Assembly: GCA_035635035.1 (NCBI GenBank)
Contig: DASQBU010000016.1
Span: 9,523 to 73,522 of the forward strand
From: Pseudomonas sp.
Lineage (GTDB): Bacteria; Pseudomonadota; Gammaproteobacteria; Pseudomonadales; Pseudomonadaceae
DNA: 64,000 nt
Reading direction: 5' to 3'
Every line of letters starts with the position of its first letter. Within the stretch, counting starts at the first letter, position 1. The position numbers and the translations under genes were made by a program. Shown one piece after another: positions 24,356-35,789 of this stretch. Under the pieces are notes generated by a model, which was not told where the DNA came from, did no database searches, and was given only the letters and a program-made list of their open reading frames with translations.

Positions 24356-25210
24356 ATGACCGCACAACTGATCGACGGCAAAGCCATCGCCGCCCGCCTT
24401 CGCCAACAGATTGCCCAGCGCGTGGCCGAACGCCGCCAGCAAGACCAGCGCATCCCCGGCCTGGCCGTGATCCTGGTTGGCAGCGACCCAGCCTCCCAGG
24501 TTTACGTCGCCCACAAGCGCAAGGACTGCGAAGAAGTCGGCTTCATCTCTCGCGCCTACGACCTTGATGCCAGCACCCGCCAGGAGCAACTCCTGCAGCT
24601 GATCGACCAGCTGAATGCCGACCCGACCATCGACGGCATCCTGGTGCAGCTGCCCCTGCCAGCCCACCTCGACGCCTCGCAACTGCTCGAGCGCATCGCC
24701 CCCAACAAGGACGTCGACGGCTTCCACCCCTTCAACATCGGCCGCCTGGCCCAGCGCATGCCGGTACTGCAGCCCTGCACGCCGAAAGGCATCATGACCC
24801 TGCTCAAGAGCACCGGCGTCGACCTGCACGGCCTGCACGCCGTGGTCGTCGGCGCCTCGAACATCGTCGGCCGCCCGATGGCCCTCGAACTGCTGCTGGC
24901 CGGCTGCACCACCACCGTAACCCACCGTTTCACCCGCAATCTGGCCGACCACGTGCGCCAGGCCGACATCGTCGTCGTCGCCGTTGGCAAGCCCGGCCTG
25001 GTCAAGGGCGAGTGGATCAAGGAAGGCGCCATCGTCATTGACGTCGGCATCAACCGCCTGGCCGACGGCAAACTGGTCGGCGATGTCGACTTCGAGGCCG
25101 CCGCCGCCCGCGCCAGCTGGATCACCCCGGTTCCCGGCGGCGTCGGCCCGATGACCCGCGCCTGCCTGCTGGAAAACACCCTGTACGCCGCCGAACAGCT
25201 GCACGACTGA
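24356..25210 (+). CDS. folD: Methylenetetrahydrofolate dehydrogenase/cyclohydrolase
   Basis: [35 protein letters not shown]. Confidence 0.98.
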   Translation: MTAQLIDGKAIAARLRQQIAQRVAERRQQDQRIPGLAVILVGSDPASQVYVAHKRKDCEEVGFISRAYDLDASTRQEQLLQLIDQLNADPTIDGILVQLPLPAHLDASQLLERIAPNKDVDGFHPFNIGRLAQRMPVLQPCTPKGIMTLLKSTGVDLHGLHAVVVGASNIVGRPMALELLLAGCTTTVTHRFTRNLADHVRQADIVVVAVGKPGLVKGEWIKEGAIVIDVGINRLADGKLVGDVDFEAAAARASWITPVPGGVGPMTRACLLENTLYAAEQLHD

Positions 25211-25259
25211 TCCAGACGCCGCCTGCCCACCCCAATCAGGCGGCACATTTCTAGCGGAC

Positions 25260-25291
25260 AAAAAAAGACCCGGCCAAGGCCGGGTCTTTTT
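25260..25291. terminator. Bidirectional terminator between folD and oprF
   Basis: AAAAAAAGACCCGGCC-aa-GGCCGGGTCTTTTT with A/T tracts on both sides. Confidence 0.85.
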
Positions 25292-25312
25292 GCATGCGCA
25301 GCTCAGGACAAC

Positions 25313-26296
25313 TTACTTGGCCTGGGCTTCCACAGCAGCTTCCACGCGACGGTTCACGGCACGACCGGCTTCGGTGGCGTTGTCGGCAACCGGACGGGAC
25401 TCACCGTAACCGACCGAGCTCACGCGGCCGGAGCTGACACCGTACTGCTTGACCAGCACGTCACGCACGGCAGCGGCGCGGCGCTCGGACAGCTTCTGGT
25501 TGTAGGCGTCGGTACCCACGGAGTCGGTGTGACCTTCCACGGTGGTGGTGGTCTGCGGGTACTGCTTCATGAAGTCAGCCAGGTTCTTGATGTCGCCATA
25601 GCTGGACGGCTTGACCTGAGCCTTGTTGAAGTCGAACTTCACGTCCAGTTCGACGCGCACGACTTCCGGAGCAGCCTCGACCGGAGCCGGAGCCTCTGCA
25701 ACCGGGGCCGGAGCCGGGGCCGGAGCCGGAGCCGGACGAGAGCCGCCACCGAAGTTGAAGCCGACGCCGACGCCAGCCATCCACTCCCAGTCAGCGCGAT
25801 CGATGTTGTACAGGCCATCAACGCTGGCCTTGGCGAAGAAGTTGTCGGTGAAGTACAGCTTCAGACCGCCAGTCGCTTCGGCATAGGTGCTCTGATCACG
25901 ACCGCCACGGGTGGCTTGGCCGATGGTCTGGTGAGCGAAACCGCCGCCGAGGTACGGACGCAGGACCGAACCCGGGGTGTTCCAGTGGTACAGCGCATCG
26001 AGGGAGGTCAGATCGCCGCGGATCTTCTTGTGATCGCCGCCATCAGGGGAGGACACATCGGCGTGCTCGTCACGGTAGGTGCCGTGCGACAGGTTCAGGG
26101 AAACGTTGTCGGTCAGGAAATAACCGAGGCCAACACCGTAGAGTTCGCCATCTTCGATGTTGATGCTGCTATCGGGGGCATAGTGCTTGGCAAAGGCCTC
26201 CACTTCGAAAGCGCCTTGACCTTGAGCCAGCGCACCGAACGAGGTGGCGGCAACCAGCGAGCCAATGACTACACCGAGGGTGTTTTTGAGTTTCAT
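25313..26296 (-). CDS. oprF: Major outer-membrane porin OprF (OmpA family)
   Basis: MKLKNTLG signal peptide, beta-barrel, Pro-Ala linker, OmpA C-domain EGHTDSVG...LSERRA...NRRVE; downstream of sigX. Confidence 0.97.
   Translation of the reverse strand: MKLKNTLGVVIGSLVAATSFGALAQGQGAFEVEAFAKHYAPDSSINIEDGELYGVGLGYFLTDNVSLNLSHGTYRDEHADVSSPDGGDHKKIRGDLTSLDALYHWNTPGSVLRPYLGGGFAHQTIGQATRGGRDQSTYAEATGGLKLYFTDNFFAKASVDGLYNIDRADWEWMAGVGVGFNFGGGSRPAPAPAPAPAPVAEAPAPVEAAPEVVRVELDVKFDFNKAQVKPSSYGDIKNLADFMKQYPQTTTTVEGHTDSVGTDAYNQKLSERRAAAVRDVLVKQYGVSSGRVSSVGYGESRPVADNATEAGRAVNRRVEAAVEAQAK
25682..25736. repeat. Imperfect CCGG(A/G)G hexamer repeat encoding the OprF Pro-Ala linker
   Basis: ccggagccgg...ccggggccggagccggggccggagccggagccgga, translating to PAPAPAPAPAP. 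Confidence 0.7.
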
Positions 26297-26359
26297 CCGT
26301 TATTTCCCCATCTAGGTAATTTTTCAGCTGCCTAAAATCAGACCAGCAAGCCGGGCACT

Positions 26360-26387
26360 AGTTTAACACCGCCCACCGGCTCTTCAA
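26360..26387 (-). promoter_or_regulatory. Candidate sigma70 promoter of oprF
   Basis: Minus strand TTGAAG-16 bp-TAAACT. Confidence 0.5.
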
Positions 26388-26403
26388 AAAAATTCCAGAC
26401 GAC

Positions 26404-26994
26404 TCAGTCCTCATTTGCGCCAGCAAACTTCTCGCGCAGGCGATCCAGTGCTCGCTTGTAGCGCATCTTGGTCGCACTCAAGCCCATGCGCATGATGTCC
26501 GCGATCTCTTGGAACTCCAGTTCGGCGACGAAGCGCAACACCAGAATCTCCCTGTCGATCGGATTGACATGCACCAGCCAGCGATCGAGACCACCCCGTT
26601 CCTCGACCTTGGGCGCCCGCTCCTCGGAGGCCTCTTCGAGAGGATCGAGACTCAGCGCATCCAACAGCCGACGCTTGCGCCGCTCCTTGCGATACTGGGT
26701 AATGCACTCGTTATAAGTGATGCTGTACAGCCAGGTCTTGAACTTCGACTTGCCTTCGAAGCTCTTCAACCCGTAGAGCACCTTGAGCATGACCTCCTGA
26801 CAGACATCGTCCGCATCGCGGTCATTACCCAGATAGCGCGCACAGACATTAAACAAGGTGCGCTGATAGCGTCGCATCAGCTCCTCGTAGGCCCGAGTGA
26901 CATGGAACAACTCCCCATGCGCGCGCAACACCAACTCCTCATCAGTGAGTTCGTGCGGATCGTAGCGCTGGGACAGAGAGTAGGGCTTGTTCAA
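26404..26994 (-). CDS. sigX: ECF sigma factor SigX
   Basis: DADDVCQEV, FKTWLYSI, region 4 EIADIM...ATKMRYKRA; cmpX-sigX-oprF synteny. Confidence 0.96.
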   Translation of the reverse strand: MNKPYSLSQRYDPHELTDEELVLRAHGELFHVTRAYEELMRRYQRTLFNVCARYLGNDRDADDVCQEVMLKVLYGLKSFEGKSKFKTWLYSITYNECITQYRKERRKRRLLDALSLDPLEEASEERAPKVEERGGLDRWLVHVNPIDREILVLRFVAELEFQEIADIMRMGLSATKMRYKRALDRLREKFAGANED

Positions 26995-27093
26995 ACGGGG
27001 CAGACCGCCTGCGGCTCGAAAAGGGCGCCGCGCTGGGCGCAGGCGCCGGAATGACCGCTTAATTTAGCAGAAATGGGCGGGGAAAGCCCCGCA

Positions 27094-27918
27094 TCAGCGG
27101 CTGCTGACCCGGCGCGATAGCAGCAGGCGGTTGCACAGGGTGACCAACTCGCCATCATCGGTCAGCAGGATGGTCTTGACCGTACCAATCTCCTCGATCA
27201 CACCCTCGACATCACCGACCCGGACCTGCTGGCCCACCTCGTACAGTTCGCGCAGATAGATGCCGGCGATGATCTGCCCGACCACCTCGCGGCTGCCAAG
27301 CCCGAGAGCCAGGGCCAGCGCCAGGCCGACCGAGGCCAGCACGATGGCGATGACCAGGTTGAGCAGATCGGTCTTGATCTCGAGCTGACCGATAGCCACC
27401 GAAATACTGATGATGATCACCAGCCCCTGAGCGATCCGCCCAAGACTGCTGCCATACTCGAGCCCCACACCATCCGCCGCCCCCCGGACCAGGCCGCCCG
27501 CCAACTGCGCCAGCAGCACGCCCGCCAGCAGGACCAGGGCCGCGCCGAAGACCTTGGGCAGGTACAAGGCGAACAGGTCGAGCGTTGCCGAGACCCGCTG
27601 CAGACCGAGCGACTCGGCGGCCGAGACCAGAAACACCAGCAACACGAACCAGTAGATGATCTTGCCGACCAGGGTGGACACCGACGCATGAACCCCGCCG
27701 CGCTCCAGCAGCTTGGTCAGCCCGGCCCCCGCCATCAGGCGATCGAGCCCCAGCTTGGCCAGCAGCTTGGAGAACAGCGTATCGAGCAGCTTGGCGACGA
27801 TGAAGCCGAGCAGCGCCACCACCAGCGCGCCGAGCAGATTGGGGATGAAGCCGGCCAGCTTGCTCCACAGCGTGTTCATGGCGCTCAGCAGGCTTTGGGT
27901 CCAGATATCGAATTCCAT
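27094..27918 (-). CDS. cmpX: Mechanosensitive-channel-like membrane protein CmpX
   Basis: Multiple TM segments, C-terminal MscS beta-domain GQQVRVGDVEGVIEEIG; synteny. Confidence 0.92.
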   Translation of the reverse strand: MEFDIWTQSLLSAMNTLWSKLAGFIPNLLGALVVALLGFIVAKLLDTLFSKLLAKLGLDRLMAGAGLTKLLERGGVHASVSTLVGKIIYWFVLLVFLVSAAESLGLQRVSATLDLFALYLPKVFGAALVLLAGVLLAQLAGGLVRGAADGVGLEYGSSLGRIAQGLVIIISISVAIGQLEIKTDLLNLVIAIVLASVGLALALALGLGSREVVGQIIAGIYLRELYEVGQQVRVGDVEGVIEEIGTVKTILLTDDGELVTLCNRLLLSRRVSSR

Positions 27919-27921
27919 GCT

Positions 27922-28173
27922 TCACTCAGCCTTATGGTGCGCCTGACGCGCAGCGGGATGGAGGCGACGGGTAGCGGGCACCTTGCGCGTCGTACCGCGC
28001 TCGAGACCGATCATCAGGGCTTCCAGCCAGTGCCCCAGCAGCTTGAACAGATCGCCCGCACCAACCTGGCGGTTGGCCGCCTTGAGCACGCGATCCAGAC
28101 GGGCGGTATCGGCCGATTCGGCCGGCGCGCCCTTGAGCAGATCGCGCAGGGATTCCTCGAAGGGATCGTGCAT
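27922..28173 (-). CDS. crfX: CrfX small protein
   Basis: MHDPFEESLRDLL...RVLKAANRQVGAGDLF, between cmaX and cmpX, with a GGAG RBS. Confidence 0.88.
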   Translation of the reverse strand: MHDPFEESLRDLLKGAPAESADTARLDRVLKAANRQVGAGDLFKLLGHWLEALMIGLERGTTRKVPATRRLHPAARQAHHKAE

Positions 28174-28228
28174 GCTCACCTCCGGTGTATGTCTGCATGG
28201 AGACGCCGAGGCCACAGACCAAGTCACA

Positions 28229-29227
28229 TCACAGCCAGCGCATTCGCCGGAACAGCCACCACTGGAAAACCGCCATGCCGGCGATCAGCAGGCAAGCGAT
28301 GAAAAAGCCGTGAGGATGACCGGCACCCGGGATCCCACCGAGATTGATGCCCAGCAGCCCGGTGACGAAGCTCATCGGCATGAAGAAGCCGGTAATGATA
28401 CCGAGCAGATACATGGTGCGGTTCATCCGCTCGGTGACCCGACGATGCTCGGCCTCCTGCAACAGACTGACCCGCTCGCGCGCCAACTCCAACTCCTCCA
28501 GGTTGCGGGTCAGGCCGTTATGCAACTCGCCCCAGTAATCGGCGGCACGACCGACAAACCAGGGCAACGGCGAGCGCGCCAGCTGGGCATAGATGTCCCG
28601 CTGCGGCGCCAGGTAGCGGCGCAGGCTGGCCGCCCGCCGGCGCAACGCCAGCAGCAGGTGACGATCGGGAACCGCGTGCTCGTTCTGCTCGAGCTCGTCC
28701 TCGAGGTCATCGAGCTGCTGAGCCAGCGCCGAAACCAGGCTGTCCACCCCCTCGGTCAGGGCCTGCGCGAGGAACAGCATGATTTCCGACACCGTTTGCG
28801 GGCCACTGCCGCACTCGAGGGCATCGCACAGCGCCCCCGCCGCCTTGACCGGCCGCAGGCGCAGGGAAATGACCTGCCGGGCATCGGCATAGATACGCAA
28901 CGCCACCATATCCTCGGGCGCCGCCCCCGGGTTGAGATTGACGCCTCGCAGGAACAGCAACAGACGCCCGCCCCCCAGCAGCACCAGACGCGGCCGCGTG
29001 GCCTCCTCCAGCAGCAGGTTGCAGGCGAACTCGTTCAGCCCGCTGGACTCACGCAACCAGTGGCGCGCTTGATCCACGCTGCGATCCCAGTGCAACCAGA
29101 GGCTTTCCTGCGGCCGCAGGTCGAGCACCTCCAGCTCGTTGCGCTGGATCCGGCGCACAGCGCCCTCGCCATCCAGCACAAAGCCGTAAACCAGACCGAG
29201 TTCGTCGCCCCCTTCGTAGGACTGCAT
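28229..29227 (-). CDS. cmaX: CorA/ZntB-family divalent cation transporter CmaX
   Basis: WLHWD, LRGVNLNPG, TGLLGINLGGIPG (GIN motif), two C-terminal TMs. Confidence 0.92.
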   Translation of the reverse strand: MQSYEGGDELGLVYGFVLDGEGAVRRIQRNELEVLDLRPQESLWLHWDRSVDQARHWLRESSGLNEFACNLLLEEATRPRLVLLGGGRLLLFLRGVNLNPGAAPEDMVALRIYADARQVISLRLRPVKAAGALCDALECGSGPQTVSEIMLFLAQALTEGVDSLVSALAQQLDDLEDELEQNEHAVPDRHLLLALRRRAASLRRYLAPQRDIYAQLARSPLPWFVGRAADYWGELHNGLTRNLEELELARERVSLLQEAEHRRVTERMNRTMYLLGIITGFFMPMSFVTGLLGINLGGIPGAGHPHGFFIACLLIAGMAVFQWWLFRRMRWL

Positions 29228-29303
29228 CGCTTCTCCAGCGCCATCGACTCCCCCACCGCGCGGGGCGCAGGACGAGCCGAAACCCGCCCTGCCGGAGCCC
29301 AGC

Positions 29304-29789
29304 TTACTCGGGCATCTTCAGCTCTTCGCGGGACACGATGATGCCGTTGTTGTCGGCGTAGAGGTACTCGCCCGGCACGAAGGTCACGCCACCGAAGGTG
29401 ACGGGGATGTTCAGATCGCCGATCCCGCGCTTCTCGGTCTTCATCGGATGGGAGGCCAGCGCCTGCACGCCCAGATCGGTCTGCGCGATCACGTCGACGT
29501 CGCGGATGCAGCCATACACCACGATGCCTTCCCAGCCGTTCTTGGCCGCCTTTTCCGCCAGCATGTCGCCGAGCAGCGCGCGACGCAGCGAGCCGCCACC
29601 GTCGACCACCAGCACCTTGCCCTTGCCGTCCTGGTCGACCTGCTCCTTGACTAGGGAGTTGTCCTCGAAGCACTTGATGGTGACGATCTGCCCGCCGAAG
29701 GAGTCGCGGCCGCCAAAGTTGCTGAACATCGGCTCAACCACCGCCACATCGGGATAGGCGTCGCACAGATCGGGAGTCACGTATTGCAT
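29304..29789 (-). CDS. rraA: RNase E inhibitor RraA / HMG-aldolase-like protein
   Basis: [34 protein letters not shown]. Confidence 0.95.
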   Translation of the reverse strand: MQYVTPDLCDAYPDVAVVEPMFSNFGGRDSFGGQIVTIKCFEDNSLVKEQVDQDGKGKVLVVDGGGSLRRALLGDMLAEKAAKNGWEGIVVYGCIRDVDVIAQTDLGVQALASHPMKTEKRGIGDLNIPVTFGGVTFVPGEYLYADNNGIIVSREELKMPE

Positions 29790-30010
29790 GTCGGGTTCCT
29801 TGCGGTTAGAGATCGACGCCGATGCGCGCGCCGCCGTGAGCCGGCGACGACAACCGCAGCAGCGGCGAACAGACAGCATTGATGGCTAGGCCGGTGTCGC
29901 GGCCGAAGGCGATGCCTGGCGGGAGCAGCACAAACCTTCCGCGCTCCACACGCCGCACCGCCCGGACCATCCTGCTCCCGAATCCTAGCCACAACCACCC
30001 GGCAAGGGAA

Positions 30011-31000
30011 CTAGGCCAACGTAGGGGCGTCGCCCGTCACCACGCGCGAGCCCGGCTGCTCAAGCCAGCGCCGGAGCAACGGCCAGACTTCGCGCTGGGC
30101 GCCCTGCCCCACCAACATGGAGACATGCCCGTAGTCCTCGGCAAACCCCTGCACATGCCCCAGGCAGACGAACTCACGCCGCGCAGAGCCGAACCCCTCG
30201 AACAGCTGCCGACAGGCGGCGACCGGTGCACGGCGATCGCCGGCACCGGCCAGCGCCAGCACCGGCACGCCCACCTCGGCCAGACGCGCCTGCCAGTCCT
30301 CATCGCCGGCACCAAAGCGGCCGAACAGCGCGGACCAGCGCAGGCTGTCGCGCACCACGCCGACTGGCTCGTCCTCCGGCCCCGCCTCCAGCCCCAGCCA
30401 ACCCGCCGCCACCTGCTCGCGGCGACGCAGCAGCAGGCGCGCGCCCCAGTTCAGCACGGGCAGCCCGAGCGCCCCGCGCAGATGGCGGGCCTGCGCGCCA
30501 CACACGACCAGCGAGGCCACCTCCGTCTCGGTGAGATGGCCAGCAGCGAGCGCCGCCACCAGGGTCAGCCCGCCCAGCGCATGCCCCAGCCAGTGCGCCG
30601 GCTGGCCACACTGCTCCGCGAGGAAGGCCGCGATGGCCGGCAGGTCGTAGCGCGCATACTCGGCCACGCAATTGTGCCGGTAGCCCAGGTTGCGCGGCGA
30701 CAGGCCGTGGCCGCGCATTTCCGCCAGCCAGACATCGAAACCGGCGCGCGCCAGCCAGGCGCCCAGGCCATGGCCACCGGGCATGTACCAGTGACGCCGG
30801 TTGCCGAAGCGACCGTGCACCAGCACCACGGGAGTCCCGCGCGCCACGTCCGCGCCGGCGCGACCAAGACGGGTCAGCGCCAGCTCGACGCTGAGATCGG
30901 GGCTGTTGTTGGGCTTGAGGAGATAGACGTCTTCGGTCAGAGCACCCCGCAGCTCGGCGCTGATCAGGGCGACGGGGAAGAGTTTGCTGCTGCTCTGCAT
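30011..31000 (-). CDS. estX: Alpha/beta hydrolase EstX-like; nucleophile elbow reads GHALG
   Basis: MQSSSKLFPVALISAELRG N-terminus, LVHG, EMRGHGLS, YGHVSML; ppsA-estX-rraA synteny. Confidence 0.85.
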   Translation of the reverse strand: MQSSSKLFPVALISAELRGALTEDVYLLKPNNSPDLSVELALTRLGRAGADVARGTPVVLVHGRFGNRRHWYMPGGHGLGAWLARAGFDVWLAEMRGHGLSPRNLGYRHNCVAEYARYDLPAIAAFLAEQCGQPAHWLGHALGGLTLVAALAAGHLTETEVASLVVCGAQARHLRGALGLPVLNWGARLLLRRREQVAAGWLGLEAGPEDEPVGVVRDSLRWSALFGRFGAGDEDWQARLAEVGVPVLALAGAGDRRAPVAACRQLFEGFGSARREFVCLGHVQGFAEDYGHVSMLVGQGAQREVWPLLRRWLEQPGSRVVTGDAPTLA

Positions 31001-31023
31001 GCTGTTCTTTTTCGTTTGCACAA

Positions 31024-31050
31024 AAAAGGGCGGGGTTGCCCCGCCCTTTT
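31024..31050 (-). terminator. Terminator after ppsA
   Basis: AAAAGGGCGGGG-ttg-CCCCGCCCTTTT. Confidence 0.8.
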
Positions 31051-31075
31051 GCTTCCTAGCTGCTCAGGCCCGGTT

Positions 31076-33442
<2,367 letters not shown>

Positions 33443-33602
33443 GGTGACCTCTCCCCTAAGTGTGTGCGGAAACAGCTTCTCGGTCGGACCCTGCTTGTGG
33501 CCGGGTCCGGAAAAATAAGTAACAATGCCGTTTTACGGCAAAAGGGTGCGCGACAGCCAGCCCATGATAGCCGGGAATTCCAAACCCAAGCCCAGGGCGC
33601 CC

Positions 33603-34421
33603 ATGAAACGCACCGCATTCTTCATCTCCGACGGTACCGGCATCACGGCCGAAACACTGGGCCAGAGCCTGTTGGCGCAGTTCGAGAACATCACGTTCAA
33701 CAAACTGACCAGACCCTATATCGATACCGTCGAAAAAGCCCATGCGATGGTACAGCAAATCAACGCCGCTGCCGAGGCGGACGGCGTACGGCCGATCATC
33801 TTCGACACCATCGTCAACAGCGAAATCCGCGAAGTCCTCGACCAGAGCCAGGGCTTCATGGTCGACATCTTCTCGACCTTCCTGTCGCCGCTGGAACAAG
33901 AGCTAACCGCCCGCTCGACCTATTCGGTCGGCAAGACCCACTCGATCGCGCACAACCCCAACTACATGGAGCGCATCGACTCGGTGCACTTCGCCCTCGA
34001 CAACGACGATGGCGCGCGCACCCACTACTACGACAAGGCCGACCTGATCCTGGTCGGCGTGTCGCGTTGCGGCAAGACGCCCACCTGCCTGTACATGGCC
34101 CTGCAATACGGCATCCGCGCCGCCAACTACCCGCTGACCGAAGACGACATGGAGCGCCTGCAGCTGCCCTCGGCGCTCAAGGAGCACAAGAGCAAGCTGT
34201 TCGGCCTGACCATCGATCCCGACCGCCTGGCGGCGATCCGCAACGAGCGCAAGCCCAACAGCCGCTATTCCAGCTACGCGCAGTGCGAGTTCGAGGTCCG
34301 CGAGGTGGAAGGCCTGTTCCGTCGCGAGAACATCCCGTTCATCAACTCCACCCATTTCTCGGTGGAGGAAATCGCCGCCAAGATCCTGGTGGAGAAAGGC
34401 GTCGAGCGCCGTCTGAAGTAA
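33603..34421 (+). CDS. ppsR: PEP synthase regulatory kinase/pyrophosphorylase
   Basis: [18 protein letters not shown]-loop GVSRCGKTP; divergent from ppsA. Confidence 0.96.
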   Translation: MKRTAFFISDGTGITAETLGQSLLAQFENITFNKLTRPYIDTVEKAHAMVQQINAAAEADGVRPIIFDTIVNSEIREVLDQSQGFMVDIFSTFLSPLEQELTARSTYSVGKTHSIAHNPNYMERIDSVHFALDNDDGARTHYYDKADLILVGVSRCGKTPTCLYMALQYGIRAANYPLTEDDMERLQLPSALKEHKSKLFGLTIDPDRLAAIRNERKPNSRYSSYAQCEFEVREVEGLFRRENIPFINSTHFSVEEIAAKILVEKGVERRLK

Positions 34422-34446
34422 CCGTTACCGCTTGCGACGACCAGAG

Positions 34447-34474
34447 CCAAGGCCCGGATATCTCCGGGCCTTGG
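34447..34474. terminator. Hairpin between the convergent ppsR and prpF
   Basis: CCAAGGCCCGGA-tatc-TCCGGGCCTTGG. Confidence 0.7.
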
Positions 34475-34504
34475 TCTTTCTGGCGCAGACGTCCGGCCGC
34501 CTGT

Positions 34505-35683
34505 TTAGAAGGTGCCGCCGGGCACGCGCACCCAGCCTTCCATCAGCACGCGGGCGCTGCGGCTCATCACCGCCTTGGTGGCGGTCCACTCGCCGCCGAC
34601 GATCTCCGCCGCCGCGCCGACCCGCAGGGTGCCGGACGGGTGGCCGAAGGTCACCGCCTCGCGCTGGCCGCCGCCGGCCGCCAGGTTGACCAGGGTGCCC
34701 GGCACCGCCGCGGCGGTGGCGATGGCCACCGAGGCGGTGCCCATCATGGCGTGGTGCAGCTTGCCCATCGACAGCGCGCGGACCAGCACGTCGACGTCGG
34801 CCGCCTTGATCTGCTTGCCGCTGGAGGCGACGTAGTCGGTCGGCGGGGCGACGAAGGCGATCTTCGGCGTGTGCTGGCGGGCCGCCGCCTCGGCGATGTC
34901 CGCGATCAGGCCCATCTTCAACGCACCGTAGGCGCGCATGGTCTCGAAGCGCGCCAGCGCCTCGGCATCCGCGTTGATGTCCTTCTGCAGCTCGGTGCCG
35001 GTGTAGCCGATGTCGGCGGCGTTGAGGAAGATGGTCGGGATGCCGGAGTTGATCATGGTGGCCTTGAAGGTGCCGATGCCCGGCACTTCCAGCTCGTCCA
35101 CCAGGTTGCCGGTGGGGAACATCGAGCCTTCGCCGTCGGCCGGATCCATGAACTCGATGACCACCTCGGCGGCCGGGAAGGTCACGCCGTCCAGCTCGAA
35201 GTCGCCGGTTTCCTGCACCTGGCCGTCGGTGATCGGCACGTGGGCGATGATGGTCTTGCCGATGTTCTTCTGCCAGATGCGCACGGTGCAGATGCCGTTC
35301 TGCGGGATGCGCGCCGGATCGACCAAGCCGCCGCTGATGGCGAAGGCGCCGACCGCGGCGGTCAGGTTGCCGCAGTTGCCGGACCAGTCGACGAACGCCT
35401 TGTTGATCGCCACCTGGCCGAACAGGTAGTCGACGTCGTGATCCGGTTGCTCGCTCTTGGCGACGATCACGGTCTTGGAGGTGCTGGAGGTGGCGCCGCC
35501 CATGCCGTCGATCTGCTGGCCATACGGGTCGGGGCTGCCGATCACCCGCAGCAGCAGCTTGTCGCGGGCCTCGCCCGGCACCTGGCAGGCCGCCGGCAGG
35601 TCCTGCAGGCGGAAGAACACGCCCTTGCTGGTGCCGCCGCGGATGTAGGTGGCGGGAATCTTGATCTGGGGTAGCTGAGCCAT
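34505..35683 (-). CDS. prpF: 2-methylaconitate cis-trans isomerase
   Basis: YIRGGTSKG, GATSSTSK, NCGNL, HHAMMGT, GHPSG. Confidence 0.96.
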   Translation of the reverse strand: MAQLPQIKIPATYIRGGTSKGVFFRLQDLPAACQVPGEARDKLLLRVIGSPDPYGQQIDGMGGATSSTSKTVIVAKSEQPDHDVDYLFGQVAINKAFVDWSGNCGNLTAAVGAFAISGGLVDPARIPQNGICTVRIWQKNIGKTIIAHVPITDGQVQETGDFELDGVTFPAAEVVIEFMDPADGEGSMFPTGNLVDELEVPGIGTFKATMINSGIPTIFLNAADIGYTGTELQKDINADAEALARFETMRAYGALKMGLIADIAEAAARQHTPKIAFVAPPTDYVASSGKQIKAADVDVLVRALSMGKLHHAMMGTASVAIATAAAVPGTLVNLAAGGGQREAVTFGHPSGTLRVGAAAEIVGGEWTATKAVMSRSARVLMEGWVRVPGGTF

Positions 35684-35789
35684 GGGAATCTGGTCCTCAT
35701 GAGACCGCGCCGCCGGACGGCGGCGCGGGGATGGAAATGCGCGGAGCGCCGCTCCAGCCGCCTTGCGCGAACCGGAGCGGCGCGACCGA

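Noticed and set aside
35684-35789. Two GC-rich inverted repeats between acnD and prpF as possible REP elements or an RNA motif
   Set aside because: They do not recur elsewhere in the window and lack a REP tetranucleotide foot; most likely ordinary intercistronic hairpins.
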